From: Halorussus marinus
Lineage (GTDB): Archaea > Halobacteriota > Halobacteria > Halobacteriales > Haladaptataceae
Length of the DNA stretch: 64,000 bases
Assembly (NCBI RefSeq): GCF_004765795.1
Contig: NZ_SBIV01000008.1
Span: 124,001-188,000, forward strand
Reading direction: 5' to 3'
Shown here: piece by piece, positions 39,748 through 50,125 of the stretch
Position numbering within the stretch: position 1 is the stretch's first letter
How the letters are laid out: each line of letters begins with the position of its first letter
Translations under genes and position numbers: made by a program
The notes under the pieces: model-generated
What the model was told of the DNA's origin: nothing
The model's database searches: none
Seen by the model: only the letters and a program-made list of their open reading frames with translations

Positions 39748-40377
39748 TCACTCGCCGTCGCGCGACCGGGAACACTCGACGCTCGCCTCACAACAGGACG
39801 AACGGTACCGCTCGGGCTCGCGGACGATAGCACACTCCCGATACCGTCGTCCGACCACCGTACCGCACGCCGAACACCGGAGGACGTACTTCGGGTCCGC
39901 GAACGGCCGACACCGGACCGCGGCGTCGACCGCCTCGGCGCGCTCGCGGAACGCGGCGCCGTGGTCGGTCGTTCCGAACCGCTGGAACTGCTCGACGTGG
40001 ATCAGTTCGTGGCGGAGCGTCGCGGCCCACTCCGCCCGGTCGAACGCCTCGTAGGCCGCCCACGTCAGCGACACCGTACACCGCCGCGGGTCGGTCCCGT
40101 CGGCCCAGTCGCCGGCGAGCGACGCCCAGTCGAGGGGGTCGCCGATCTCCGCGTCCGGGATCTTCGGTCGCTTGACCGCGGCCGCCCGGCGCTTCGCGCG
40201 GGTCGAGACCTCCCAGTCGAGCCGGGAGAACGCCACGTCGAGGCCGTACTCGCGGGCGGCCTCGCGGCAGTAGGCCCGCGAGGCCGGAATCAGCTCCTCC
40301 CGACGCCCGACCGCGCCGAGCGCCCGCTCGGTCGGGGAGGGCGACTCGGGCGCGTCGATCGCCTCGAACGCTGTCAT
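39748..40377 (-). CDS. SprT-like metalloprotease domain protein
   Basis: RHELIH, HGAAFRE, C-terminal CSAC and SCC Zn ribbon. Confidence 0.8.
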   Translation of the reverse strand: MTAFEAIDAPESPSPTERALGAVGRREELIPASRAYCREAAREYGLDVAFSRLDWEVSTRAKRRAAAVKRPKIPDAEIGDPLDWASLAGDWADGTDPRRCTVSLTWAAYEAFDRAEWAATLRHELIHVEQFQRFGTTDHGAAFRERAEAVDAAVRCRPFADPKYVLRCSACGTVVGRRYRECAIVREPERYRSSCCEASVECSRSRDGE

Positions 40378-40438
40378 CCGTCGGCGGACGCGACGCAGTC
40401 GGGGCTCATCGGTCTCCCGGCTTCGCGGGCCGGGTCGA

Positions 40439-41458
40439 TCACTCGATCCGTTCGCGGGCGGCCGCGACCACCAGCGGCAGGGTGATCGTCGCGTCGGCGT
40501 ACACCGAGGCGTTGCGCGCGGCCTTCTCCAGCTTGCCCCACGAGCGGGCCTCGTCGAGCGTCGCGCCCGAGAGGCCGCCGGTCTGGGGCGGGTCCATCGT
40601 GAGCTGGACCGCGTAGTCGTAGGCGTCGGGCGCGACCAGCATGGTCTGGAGGACGTAGTTCTTCGGGACGCCGCCGCCGACCACCACCGCGCCGGCCTCC
40701 TCGGCCTCGAACGCCTGATCGGTGATGGTCGTCATGTCCGCGAGCGCGTCGAGCGAGAACTCCGACGTCTGGGAGTACATCCACGCCTGCAGGCCGAGCA
40801 CGGAGTCTTGAACCGCCGGACAGTAGATCGGCACGTCGTTCTCGGAGGCCGCGGCCGCGATTCCCGGCCCCTCGTCGATCTCCTCGCGGGCGTTGACCTC
40901 GCTGTTCGCCCGGCCGAGCGCCTCGGTGAACCGCTGGATGCTGACGACGCCCTCCGCTTCGAGCGGCGGGAACACCTCGGATCGAAGGTGGTTCTCGAAC
41001 AGCGCGAAATGCTCCTGGGGGAGATAGACGTTGTATATCCGGTCGACCTGCTCGTCCCGAAGCCGTTCGTCGTGTTCGCGGGGCGTCTTGTCCGGCGCTT
41101 CTTCCGATCCATGGTGGTGCTTGCCGCCGATTGCCTCGATCGCGTCGTGGGTCAGGTTCGCACCAGTGGTGACCAGCGCGTCGATGTGGCCGTCCCGAAT
41201 CAGATCGGCGACGATCCGTCGCATCCCGGTCGGCACCATCGCGCCCGCGAGTCCGAAGAAGGTGGTCACGTCGTCGTCGAGCATCTCGGCGTAGACGTCG
41301 ACCGCCTCGTGGAGGTCGGCCGCGCCGATGCCCGCCGCGCCGTACTCGTCGACGAGCTCGCCGACGGTCATCCCCGCCCGCGCCTCGGCGTGGGCGATGG
41401 GGTCGTGGCGGAACTCCTCGCGGTGGGGCTCGTGGGCGTCGTCGTGGTCGTCGCTCAT
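40439..41458 (-). CDS. dhs: deoxyhypusine synthase
   Basis: GAMVPTGMR, TGANLTHD, GGGVPKN, GGLSGATLDEARSWGK, DATITLPL. Confidence 0.95.
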   Translation of the reverse strand: MSDDHDDAHEPHREEFRHDPIAHAEARAGMTVGELVDEYGAAGIGAADLHEAVDVYAEMLDDDVTTFFGLAGAMVPTGMRRIVADLIRDGHIDALVTTGANLTHDAIEAIGGKHHHGSEEAPDKTPREHDERLRDEQVDRIYNVYLPQEHFALFENHLRSEVFPPLEAEGVVSIQRFTEALGRANSEVNAREEIDEGPGIAAAASENDVPIYCPAVQDSVLGLQAWMYSQTSEFSLDALADMTTITDQAFEAEEAGAVVVGGGVPKNYVLQTMLVAPDAYDYAVQLTMDPPQTGGLSGATLDEARSWGKLEKAARNASVYADATITLPLVVAAARERIE

Positions 41459-41513
41459 GGTCCGACGTGTGAGGTCCAGCGGCTTGAACGCCGCGGTACG
41501 AAAAAGAGCGCGG

Positions 41514-42230
41514 TCAGTCGGCGGTCGACAGCTCGGCCGAGTCGGCGAGCGCCGCGCCCGTCCGGAGCTGGTCGAGCGCGTCGGCGCCGTTGACCGCCAT
41601 CGCCACGAACCCGACCTTGCTGATGAGGTCGAGGTAGGTGACGACCATGATCTCGGTCCCCGGCTGGAGCAGTCCGGCCCCGAGCGGCCCGAGGATCCAC
41701 ACGACCGGGTAGAGCGTCCACAGCACCACGGTCAGGTTCCGGAGCTTGGTGAACACCGCATCGACCCGATCGCCGTGGAGGGTGGCCTGCTGGGGCAACA
41801 CCACGACCAGCAGGTAGAGCAGTCCCACGTAGGCCACACAGCCGACGACGTACGCGGCGAGGCCGTAGGGGTCCGGCAACAGTCCGGCGGCCACGCCCGC
41901 ACCGATGACGACCACGTCGACCCCGACAAGCGCGGTGTAGATTCGCCGGTCGGGCCGACAGAGCATCCCGAGGAACAACACCAAAAGCGGCGTCGTCACG
42001 AGCCAGTCGACGTACCGGGGGACGTACAGCACGCCCTCGCCGACCGGAATCCGCCCGATGTCGAAGAACATCGCCAGATACGCGACCGCCGCGAACCCGG
42101 TGACGCCCGCCAGCACCGCGTAGTAGGCCCGATCGCGGGGGTCGGTCGCGAGCCGCCACAGCGGCGGTACGGTCCCGGCCGCCATCCCGATCGTTCCCAG
42201 CAGGAACCACACCGACGTGAGGTCGATCAC
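41514..42230 (-). CDS. sop2: sensory rhodopsin II (Halobacterium SRII-like)
   Basis: 7 TM; RYVDWLVTTPL (counterion Asp), Phe at the proton-donor position, LWTLYPVVW, YLDLISK retinal Lys; overlaps the htr stop codon. Confidence 0.9.
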   Translation of the reverse strand: MIDLTSVWFLLGTIGMAAGTVPPLWRLATDPRDRAYYAVLAGVTGFAAVAYLAMFFDIGRIPVGEGVLYVPRYVDWLVTTPLLVLFLGMLCRPDRRIYTALVGVDVVVIGAGVAAGLLPDPYGLAAYVVGCVAYVGLLYLLVVVLPQQATLHGDRVDAVFTKLRNLTVVLWTLYPVVWILGPLGAGLLQPGTEIMVVTYLDLISKVGFVAMAVNGADALDQLRTGAALADSAELSTAD

Positions 42231-44548
42231 GCGTCGTTCACCTCCGCGGACTGGAAGTCGGTCTCGTCCATCGGCCCGGCGCCCTGCGCGACCCGGAAGT
42301 CGTCGAGGAGCCGGGAGAGTTCGGCAGAGCGTTCGGCGAGGTCTTCGGCGTCCTCGCTGACCGACGCGAGCGTCTGAGTCTGTTGCTCGGCGGCGTCGGC
42401 GACGCCCTCGGCCTGACTCGCGGTCTCCTCGCTGATCGAGGCGACCTCGTCGACCATCTCGACGACCGCGCCCGAGGAGTCGGCCTGGGCCTCGGTCGCC
42501 TCGTGGATCTCCTGAATCCGTCGGTCGGTCTCCTCGACGTACTCGGCGATCTCTTCGAGCGCGTCGATCGCGCCCTCGACCGTCTCGACGCCGGCCGAGA
42601 TGCGGTCGCTCGTCTCGTGCATCCCCTCGACGGACCGCTCGGTCTTGGCCTGCACCCGCTCGATGCGGCCCTCGATCTCGGCGGCCGATTCTTTGGTCTC
42701 CTCGGCGAGCGCCTTCACTTCGTCGGCGACGACCGCGAAGCCCTCGCCGCCCGCCTCGGTGCGTGCGGCCTCGATAGATGCGTTGAGCGCGAGCATGTTG
42801 GTCTGTTCGGCGATCTCGGTGATGACCTCCACGACGTCGCCGATCGCGGCCATCTCCTCGTCGAGTTCCTCGATCTCGGAGGCGGTCTGTTCGGTCGCCT
42901 CCTCGACGGCGTCCATCTCGGCGAGGGCGTCCTCGGCGGCCTCGCGGCCGAGTTCGCCCGCGGCGGCCGCCTGCTCGGAGGTGGCCGCGACCTCCTCGAC
43001 GGTCGCCGCGACCTCCTGAGCGCTCGACGAGAGGGTGTTCATCTCGTCGGCGACCTCGCCGAGGTGGTCGGTCTGGCGGGTCGCGCCGGCCGAGATCTCC
43101 GACACCGATTCGCTGACCTCCTCGCCGGTCGCCATCACGTCCTCGGCGCTCTCCTCGACGTCGACGACCGCGTTCGAGACGTGCGAGGAGAACCGCTTGA
43201 CGTTGGCGACGGTCCGCTCGATGTCGACGAGCATGTCGTTGAGCGACTCGCCGATGGCGACCATCGCGTCGCTCCGGCTCTCGGGTTCGACCCGGACGCT
43301 GAGATCGCCGTCGGCGGCCGCGTTCATCACCTCCTCGTAGTGGCTCGCCTTGGTTTCGAGGTGCGTCGACAGCGTCTGGGCCTCCTCGCGTTCGGCCTCG
43401 GCCTTCTCGCGTGCGGTCTCGGCCTCGGCTTTCGCGGCTTCGGCCGCTTGGCGGGCTTCGCGGGCCTCGGTTATCTGTTCGCGAAGCGAGTCGCGCATGC
43501 CGGCGAACGACTTGTACAGCGTGCCGAACTCGTCGGTCCGCGGGGTCTCGAGTTCGACGTCGAGGTCGCCGTCCTCCATCGCCCGGGCCTTCCGGGAGAG
43601 CTGGCGAAGCGAGATGACGGTGTTGCTCCCGACCGAGACGCCCACGAGCCCGAGGCTCACCACCGCGATCAGGATGAGCCCGAGGATGTTCGACGTGACG
43701 GTCTCGCTGAGGGCGTAGGCCTCGCTCGCCGGCGCGTGGACCACGACCACCCAGTCCGACGACGACATCGGAGCGTAGGCCATCAGAGTCCCGCCGTCCA
43801 TCTCCATGAAGCCGGTCTCGCCAGCGAGCCCGTTCTCGACCGCCATGCTGTCGGCGCCGCCGTGATGCTGGGTCAGCAGTTTCTCGCCGTCGGGGTGTGC
43901 GATGAAGTGCCCCGTCGAGTTGAGAACCGCGGTGTAGCCGCCCTCGACGCCGCCGGTCACCGACGCGGTGCGCTTTTCGATGTTCACCATATAGATAACG
44001 CGCTTGTCGGGTCGATCGGCGACCGGCGAAATCACCGCCACGACCGGGAAGTCGACGGCCGGCACCGTGAACGGCGAGGAGACGTAGACGTCGTCGCCGT
44101 CGAACGACGGCGGATCGGCGGCGAACGGCGCGCCCTGCTCGGCCGGGCTGACGCCGGTCATCGCGTCGCTCGAACTCGCCACGATCGTTCCCTCGGCGGC
44201 GTCGTAGTAGTGGACCGCGACCACGCCATCAGGCGTCTTTCCGTCCTCGACCAGTCCCGAGACGTGCGAGTCGATCGCGTCGGTGTCGCCCGTCCGAAGG
44301 GTGGGGTGGTCCGCGGTCATCCGCGTCTGGGACTTCACGCTCGAGAGCCACGTATCGAGGTTGTCCGCCCGCGACTCCGAGAGCGCGCTCAACTCTTCCT
44401 GTACGTCGGTCCGTACCTGATCGGCGGTCTGGGCCTGAACCACCGCGCCCACCGCGACCGTGAGCGCGACGATCGACACCAGCGCGACCGCCAACTTCAA
44501 CGCGTAGCTTCGTCGAATACGCTCGACGATTGACGATCCTTGTTCCAT
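42227..44548 (-). CDS. htrII: sensory rhodopsin II transducer with extracellular Cache-like domain, HAMPs and MCP signalling domain
   Basis: 2 TM flanking a ~250-aa external domain; IAEQTNMLALNASIEAAR..GEGFAVVADEVKALA; directly upstream of the opsin. Confidence 0.9.
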   Translation of the reverse strand: MEQGSSIVERIRRSYALKLAVALVSIVALTVAVGAVVQAQTADQVRTDVQEELSALSESRADNLDTWLSSVKSQTRMTADHPTLRTGDTDAIDSHVSGLVEDGKTPDGVVAVHYYDAAEGTIVASSSDAMTGVSPAEQGAPFAADPPSFDGDDVYVSSPFTVPAVDFPVVAVISPVADRPDKRVIYMVNIEKRTASVTGGVEGGYTAVLNSTGHFIAHPDGEKLLTQHHGGADSMAVENGLAGETGFMEMDGGTLMAYAPMSSSDWVVVVHAPASEAYALSETVTSNILGLILIAVVSLGLVGVSVGSNTVISLRQLSRKARAMEDGDLDVELETPRTDEFGTLYKSFAGMRDSLREQITEAREARQAAEAAKAEAETAREKAEAEREEAQTLSTHLETKASHYEEVMNAAADGDLSVRVEPESRSDAMVAIGESLNDMLVDIERTVANVKRFSSHVSNAVVDVEESAEDVMATGEEVSESVSEISAGATRQTDHLGEVADEMNTLSSSAQEVAATVEEVAATSEQAAAAGELGREAAEDALAEMDAVEEATEQTASEIEELDEEMAAIGDVVEVITEIAEQTNMLALNASIEAARTEAGGEGFAVVADEVKALAEETKESAAEIEGRIERVQAKTERSVEGMHETSDRISAGVETVEGAIDALEEIAEYVEETDRRIQEIHEATEAQADSSGAVVEMVDEVASISEETASQAEGVADAAEQQTQTLASVSEDAEDLAERSAELSRLLDDFRVAQGAGPMDETDFQSAEVNDA

Positions 44549-44912
44549 CTATTGTGTCTTATTCTGGATATTTGGATTGATACAGTATAAGCGTACGTGG
44601 TCGTATCATTGGTGATAATCACGCTCTGGGGACCGATACGTCGCTCGAAAAGCGGTGTTGCCAACTACCGCGGGGGCCCGCGTGACGGCGGTCGGTCGCC
44701 AGCGGCGGTTCAATTAGCCGCAACCGTGAGGTTCGGCTGTTGGGGCCGGTTGGCCGCGGCCCGTGTCCGGCGAGAACCGTCGCGTGACCGATAGCTCCGG
44801 CAACCGCAGGGGTTGTTGAAACCCGGCGGACACGTAAATCAACTTCGCCGGAGGGGTTTTAATAGTATCCCTTTCGACCGCGTCCGACGAGCGACGCCAC
44901 GCCCGGCGGCGG

Positions 44913-45680
44913 TCAGAGCCCGGTCGGCGCGTCGACGAACGTCGTCTCCAGCCCCCAGTCTTCGGCGAGCGCCTGTAGCGAGCGCACGCCGAACGTCTCG
45001 GTCGCGTAGTGGCCGGCCAGAAACACGGTGAGCCCGGCTTCTCGGGCCTCGTGGTAGGCCTTCTGCTTGCCCTCGCCCGTGATCAGGGCGTCGACGCCCT
45101 TCCGGGCGGCCTCGTCGATCCAGTCGACCCCGCTCCCGGTGACGACCGCGACGTCCTCGATGCGCTCGGGGCCGAACTCCAGCACGCGGACGCCCTGCCC
45201 GAAGTGATCGAGTTCCGCCTCCAGCGTCTCGCGCATCCGGTCGGTCGGCACCGGGTCGGGCGTGCGACCGCGCTGGCCGACGTGTTCGGGGCCCAGCTCG
45301 CCGAACGGCTCGCGGTCGCCGAGGTCGAACACGTCGGCGACGCCGGCCGCGTTGCCCAGTTCGGGGTGGGCGTCGAGCGGGAGGTGTGCGACGTACAGCG
45401 CCAGATCGTTCTCGACGAGCGGTGCGATGCGACCGTACGCCCGGCCGGTCACGCGCTCGATGCCGCCCCACGAGACGCCGTGGTGGACGACGAGCGCGTC
45501 GGCACCGCGGTCGGCGGCCGTCTCGATCGTCTGCTCTGCGGCGTCCACCGCGAACGCCGCGGTCTCGACCTCCCGGTGGTCGGGGCCGACCTGGAGGCCG
45601 TTGGCGCTGGCGTCCACGTCGGCGAAATCGCCCGTGCGTAGCTTCTCGTCGTATCGCGCGGTGAGGTCGGCGAGGTCCAT
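44913..45680 (-). CDS. Nif3-like dinuclear metal-centre protein
   Basis: NGLQVG, VHHG, HLPLDAHPELGN, ITGE, AGHYATE. Confidence 0.92.
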   Translation of the reverse strand: MDLADLTARYDEKLRTGDFADVDASANGLQVGPDHREVETAAFAVDAAEQTIETAADRGADALVVHHGVSWGGIERVTGRAYGRIAPLVENDLALYVAHLPLDAHPELGNAAGVADVFDLGDREPFGELGPEHVGQRGRTPDPVPTDRMRETLEAELDHFGQGVRVLEFGPERIEDVAVVTGSGVDWIDEAARKGVDALITGEGKQKAYHEAREAGLTVFLAGHYATETFGVRSLQALAEDWGLETTFVDAPTGL

Positions 45681-45822
45681 GCGTGAGGTGTGTGGCCGGG
45701 AGGGGCTTGTATCTGTATGACTCGACGCTTCGTCGACGAGGTCGGGGCCGCGGGTCCGACCGCCCGCTTAATTGATAACAGTTAACACACACCGGGTCGA
45801 AGGTCGTCGGGGTGCAACGGGA

Positions 45823-46542
45823 GTGACAGACGACATATCGCGTCGGCGAGTGCTCGAACTGGGGGGTGCGGTGCTCGGCGGTGGCTTCGCGACCGGGACG
45901 ACCGGAGCCGACCAAGCGCAGTTCGAGGCCGAGATACAGGGATGGGTGATACGCGGCGACCGGACCGAGATCACCGGGCGGGTGAGCGTCGTCGAGGCGT
46001 TTCAGCACCGGGGAATGAACCTGTGTAACGACGGGAAGGTCTATCGGTGTCGGACGTGCGAGAGAGTAGCGTTCTACCTCCTCGTGGCGAACGGCGCCTC
46101 GGAGCCGACGCCCGGCGACAGGTACCGCGTCGAGTCGACCGGAGAGGAGAGTAGGTGTGGCAACGTCCGCGTTCGCCTCCGCGCCGGCGCGGAATGTGGC
46201 GACAGCGGTGGCACGCCGGAGAACACGTCGACTCGATCCGACGGCGACGGTCCGGAATCGCAGTCAACCGAGGAACCGGAAACACGGTCAGCCGACGGTC
46301 GCACGACGACCGGCGATCCGGAACCGCCCTCGACTGACGATCCGGAAACGACAACGACTGACGATCCGGAACCGCCCTCGACCACCGTCGAAGCCGACTC
46401 CGAGACGGCCCCCGCCGGCGAGCAGGCGGACCCCGCGACGACCGACGCCGCCGCGAGGACGACACCCGAGCCAGCACCGGCGCCGACGAGCGAGGCGACG
46501 CGACTCCCGACGGACACCGAGACGACGACCGACGGGGACTGA
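45823..46542 (+). CDS. putative Tat-secreted Cys-containing protein with Thr/Pro/acidic repeat tail
   Basis: GTG 45823; [15 protein letters not shown] twin-arginine signal; 5 Cys; DPEPPST repeats. Confidence 0.6.
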   Translation: MTDDISRRRVLELGGAVLGGGFATGTTGADQAQFEAEIQGWVIRGDRTEITGRVSVVEAFQHRGMNLCNDGKVYRCRTCERVAFYLLVANGASEPTPGDRYRVESTGEESRCGNVRVRLRAGAECGDSGGTPENTSTRSDGDGPESQSTEEPETRSADGRTTTGDPEPPSTDDPETTTTDDPEPPSTTVEADSETAPAGEQADPATTDAAARTTPEPAPAPTSEATRLPTDTETTTDGD

Positions 46543-46627
46543 GGGCGCCGATCGGCGAGCGTCGCGTCGGCCGAACCCCTCGGCGTGCAGGAAAAAGTTG
46601 TTTAGCCGGGGGGGAGTACCGTACGGT

Positions 46628-47353
46628 ATGATACCACTCGAAGAAGCGGTGACCGCGCGCCTCGAATCCCACGGCGAGCGGTTCGAAGTGCTGGTCGACC
46701 CCGACGCCGCGCTCGCGATCAAGCGCGGGGAGTTCGACGGCGACCTCGAAGACGTCATCGCGGCCGAGGACGTCTTCGAGGACGCGAGCCGGGGCGACCG
46801 CCCCGCCGAGAGCGCGCTCGAAGAGGTGTTCGACACGACCGAGCCCCTCGAAGTCATCCCCGAAGTCATCGAGCGCGGGGAGATTCAGATCACCGCCGAA
46901 CAGCGCCGCGAGATGCAAGAGCAAAAGCACAAGCAGTTGGTCAACCGGATCACGCGCAACGCGGTCAACCCCCAGATGGACAACGCGCCCCACCCGCCCG
47001 AGCGGATCGAGAGCGCTCTGGAGGAGACCGACTTTCGCATCGACCCGATGGAGCCGGTCGAGACGCAGGTCGACGACGCGCTCGACGCGCTCCGGCCGGT
47101 GATCCCGATCCGGTTCGACGAGGTCACCATCGCGGTCCAGGTGCCGGCCGACTACGCCGGGAGCGCCCAGTCCCAAATCCGGCAGTTCGGCGAGCTCGAA
47201 CGCGAGGAGTGGCAGAACGACGGCTCGTGGGTCGGCGTACTCACGTTCCCGGCGGGGATGCAAAACGAGTTCTACGATCTGGTCAACGAGATCACGAGCG
47301 GCGAGGCCGAGACCCAGATCATCAAGGACGAAGACGAACTGCAGACGCGGTGA
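46628..47353 (+). CDS. ribosome assembly factor SBDS
   Basis: ATG 46628; [35 protein letters not shown]. Confidence 0.95.
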   Translation: MIPLEEAVTARLESHGERFEVLVDPDAALAIKRGEFDGDLEDVIAAEDVFEDASRGDRPAESALEEVFDTTEPLEVIPEVIERGEIQITAEQRREMQEQKHKQLVNRITRNAVNPQMDNAPHPPERIESALEETDFRIDPMEPVETQVDDALDALRPVIPIRFDEVTIAVQVPADYAGSAQSQIRQFGELEREEWQNDGSWVGVLTFPAGMQNEFYDLVNEITSGEAETQIIKDEDELQTR

Positions 47354-47363
47354 GCGCGGGAAA

Positions 47364-47684
47364 CTATCCCTTCCGGAAGCCGACCATGAAGCCGCCGGTG
47401 AACCCGGCGCCGATCGAGAGCGTCGAGATGACCGAAGTCAGCCACGAGGGCGGGGTGCCGTTCTGTGCGACTTCGCCGGTCTTCAGCACCCCGGCCGAGA
47501 GCCGGTCCCAGTCGACCGTGAGGATGCCCCGAGATTCGAGGAATTTGAACAGCGCGAGTTCGATGCCGACGATCACCGCGATGAGCTTCGCGATCTTTTT
47601 CGCCGCGAACCCGATCACGCCGCCGATGACGGCGCCCGAGCCGAATTCCAGCCCGAGTTGCTGGGGGTCGATTCCGAGTTCCAT
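47364..47684 (-). CDS. FUN14 domain membrane protein
   Basis: GAVIGGVIGFAAKKIAKL...L...G.LTVDW...GFTGGF..GF. Confidence 0.88.
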   Translation of the reverse strand: MELGIDPQQLGLEFGSGAVIGGVIGFAAKKIAKLIAVIVGIELALFKFLESRGILTVDWDRLSAGVLKTGEVAQNGTPPSWLTSVISTLSIGAGFTGGFMVGFRKG

Positions 47685-47849
47685 GGCCGGATGATCTAAG
47701 TACTACGTTAAGACTTTTGTGGGTTAGAGAGGTTCGGCGCTGAACGTTTCTGGGTCGGTCGACGATCCCGGAGTTCGGGGAACGGGCGTTCGATTCGGGG
47801 CGGGCTTTCGACCCGACCCCGAGCGATCGACGCCGACGCCGAGCCGAGA

Positions 47850-49160
47850 TTACCAGTTGTAGAGGGCGTCGGTGAAGATCTCCTCGGCGTCTTCTTTCGT
47901 CACCGGTCGGGGGTTGCACCGAAGCAGACGCTTTTGGGTCTCGACGGTCTGGTCGGCGAGCCAGCCCACGTCCTCCTCGGTGATGCCCGCCAGCTCGTTG
48001 AGACCGCTCGGCAGGACGTTGAGGTCTCGCTGTAACCGGACGTACTCCTCTTTCGCGCGGTCGGCGGCCTCGCGCGTGCTCACGCCGTCGGTCTCGGCGC
48101 CCAGCATCTCCGCGATCCGCGCGAAGCGTTCTGGGTCGCTCGCGGCGTTGTACCCGAGCGTGCTCGCGGGGGTGAGCGCGGCGATCGTCTCGCCGTGGTA
48201 GGTGTGGTACTTGTTTCCGACCGGATACGCCATCGCGTGACAGAGGCTCGCGCCGGCGGTCAGTCCGGCGATGGCGCCGAACAGCGCCCCCTTCAGCATC
48301 TTCGAGCGGGCCTCCAGATCGTCGCCGTTGTTGACGACCCGCCGGACGTTGTTCGACAGCAGTCGGATCGCCCGTTCGCTGAACGCCTCGGTGAAGTCGG
48401 TCCGGCCGGCGTACACCGGTCGTTCGGCCGGGTCAGACGGCCGGAGCAGGTCGTCGTAGCGGTGGGTCGTGTACCCCTCGATGGCGTGGCCGAGCGCGTC
48501 CATCGCGGTCTTGGCGGTCACGTCGGCGGGCAGAGTCGTCGTGAGCGTCGGGTCGAGCACCGCGGCGTCGGCCCGGACGTGGTGGCTCGAAATGGCCTCC
48601 TTGATGTCTTTGTCCTCGACCGAGAGGATGGCGACCGGCGAGATTTCGGCCCCGGTGCCCGCGGTCGTCGGCATCAACACGAGCGGCGGCCCCGACTCGG
48701 TCAGGTCCTCGCCGCGGCCGGTGGGCTCGGCGACGTAGTCGAGGATCTCACCGCCGTTGGCGGTGACCGCCCGGGTCGTCTTCGCGATGTCGATACAGCT
48801 CCCGCCGCCGAGCCCGACGTAGAAGTCGTAGCCGTCCTCGCCGCGCTCGTCGCGGACGAACGAGATGCACGACTCGACGGTCTCGATCGAGGGCTCGCGT
48901 TCGGCGCCGTCCCAGACGTCGACGCCGAACCCGGCGGCCTCGAGCTGGTCGGTGACCCGATCGGCGTGACCGAGGTCGACGAGCGTCTGGTCGGTCACCA
49001 CCAGTCCGGCGGCGCCCTCGGCCGCGCCGAGGTCCCCGAGCTGAAATCCGAGCTCTTCGACGGCGTTCGCGCCGAACCTGATCTCGGGCATCTGGATGTG
49101 CCAGACAGTCTCGGAGCCGAGTTCGTGGGCCGACGCCGAGACCGAGCGGTCGTAGCTCAC
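47850..49160 (-). CDS. hydroxyacid-oxoacid transhydrogenase (Fe-ADH family, ADHFE1-like)
   Basis: GTG 49160 overlaps the lactonase TGA; GGGSCIDIAK, PTTAGTGAE, DALGHAIEGYT, RPVYAG, LCHAMAYPV, HG. Confidence 0.82.
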   Translation of the reverse strand: MSYDRSVSASAHELGSETVWHIQMPEIRFGANAVEELGFQLGDLGAAEGAAGLVVTDQTLVDLGHADRVTDQLEAAGFGVDVWDGAEREPSIETVESCISFVRDERGEDGYDFYVGLGGGSCIDIAKTTRAVTANGGEILDYVAEPTGRGEDLTESGPPLVLMPTTAGTGAEISPVAILSVEDKDIKEAISSHHVRADAAVLDPTLTTTLPADVTAKTAMDALGHAIEGYTTHRYDDLLRPSDPAERPVYAGRTDFTEAFSERAIRLLSNNVRRVVNNGDDLEARSKMLKGALFGAIAGLTAGASLCHAMAYPVGNKYHTYHGETIAALTPASTLGYNAASDPERFARIAEMLGAETDGVSTREAADRAKEEYVRLQRDLNVLPSGLNELAGITEEDVGWLADQTVETQKRLLRCNPRPVTKEDAEEIFTDALYNW

Positions 49161-49963
49161 TGGCCCCACCCCGAGCGGATCGCCTCGAACTGGTCGGGGT
49201 CGTGGCCGTACACCACCTCGGCGTCGTGGGTCCGCTGGAGGTCCTTGATGCGCTGGAGGCTCTCGAACCAGTCGCGTTTCGCCCAGGTCAGCGGGCCGCC
49301 GAGGGGCTGTTCGTCCTCGTAGTTCTCCGACTGGTACACCTCGTCGCCGGTGAAGATGACCGTCCCGTCGCCGTCGAGGTGGATCACGGTTCCGGTCAGC
49401 CCCGGGGTGTGGCCCGGGAACCGGACGAACTCCACGTCCTCGAAGTGCTTTTCTCGGTCGCGGTGGAGGACCCGCCAGTTGAGGTCCCGATCGAAGTCCT
49501 CGAGGACGTACGCGTCGCTTCCCTTCGAGGTCTTTGCGCTGTAGTACGCGAACTTGAGCTCTTCTTCGTGGACGAAGATCGGCACGTCCGTCCCCTCGAA
49601 GAACTCCAGTCCGCCCGCGTGGTCGAGGTGGAGGTGGGTCTGGAACACGTAGTCGATGTCGTCGAGCGCGTACCCCGCGGCCTCGAGGTCGTCGTCCAGC
49701 CGGTGGTCCCGGACGTCGTGGGGGTAGAACGCCTGGAGGAGCCCCTCGGGCCAGTAGCCGTCGAGCGCCTCGTGGTGCGAGCCGGTGTCCCAGAGGATCG
49801 TCCCCTCGGGGTGGTCGATCACGAGGCTCCACACCGGAATCTCGACGTAGTCGGTGTCGGGGTTCGGCGCGTCGTGGGAGCCGATGGTGTTCGCCTCGAC
49901 GAGGTAGTTGAGGTCGCACTTGAGTCCGCCGCGGTCGAGCACGTCGACGGTTGCCTGAACCAT
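49157..49963 (-). CDS. N-acyl homoserine lactonase family MBL hydrolase (AttM/BlcC/AhlD-like)
   Basis: IPVWSLVIDHPEGTILWDTG, THLHLDHAGG, PGHTPG, FTGDEVY, YGHD. Confidence 0.88.
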   Translation of the reverse strand: MVQATVDVLDRGGLKCDLNYLVEANTIGSHDAPNPDTDYVEIPVWSLVIDHPEGTILWDTGSHHEALDGYWPEGLLQAFYPHDVRDHRLDDDLEAAGYALDDIDYVFQTHLHLDHAGGLEFFEGTDVPIFVHEEELKFAYYSAKTSKGSDAYVLEDFDRDLNWRVLHRDREKHFEDVEFVRFPGHTPGLTGTVIHLDGDGTVIFTGDEVYQSENYEDEQPLGGPLTWAKRDWFESLQRIKDLQRTHDAEVVYGHDPDQFEAIRSGWGQ

Positions 49964-50125
49964 GTTGCGAACGGTACGTCGGATGTCAGTATCATAAACT
50001 TTCTGTGCGTGTTAACTTATCCGGGTGCGAATACGTACGCTGGAAACCGATCCCGGGATGCGTTCGGACGATGGAGCGCGAAACGAAAAGTCGGATTCAA
50101 AAGGCCCGACGACGTACCCGGGGGT

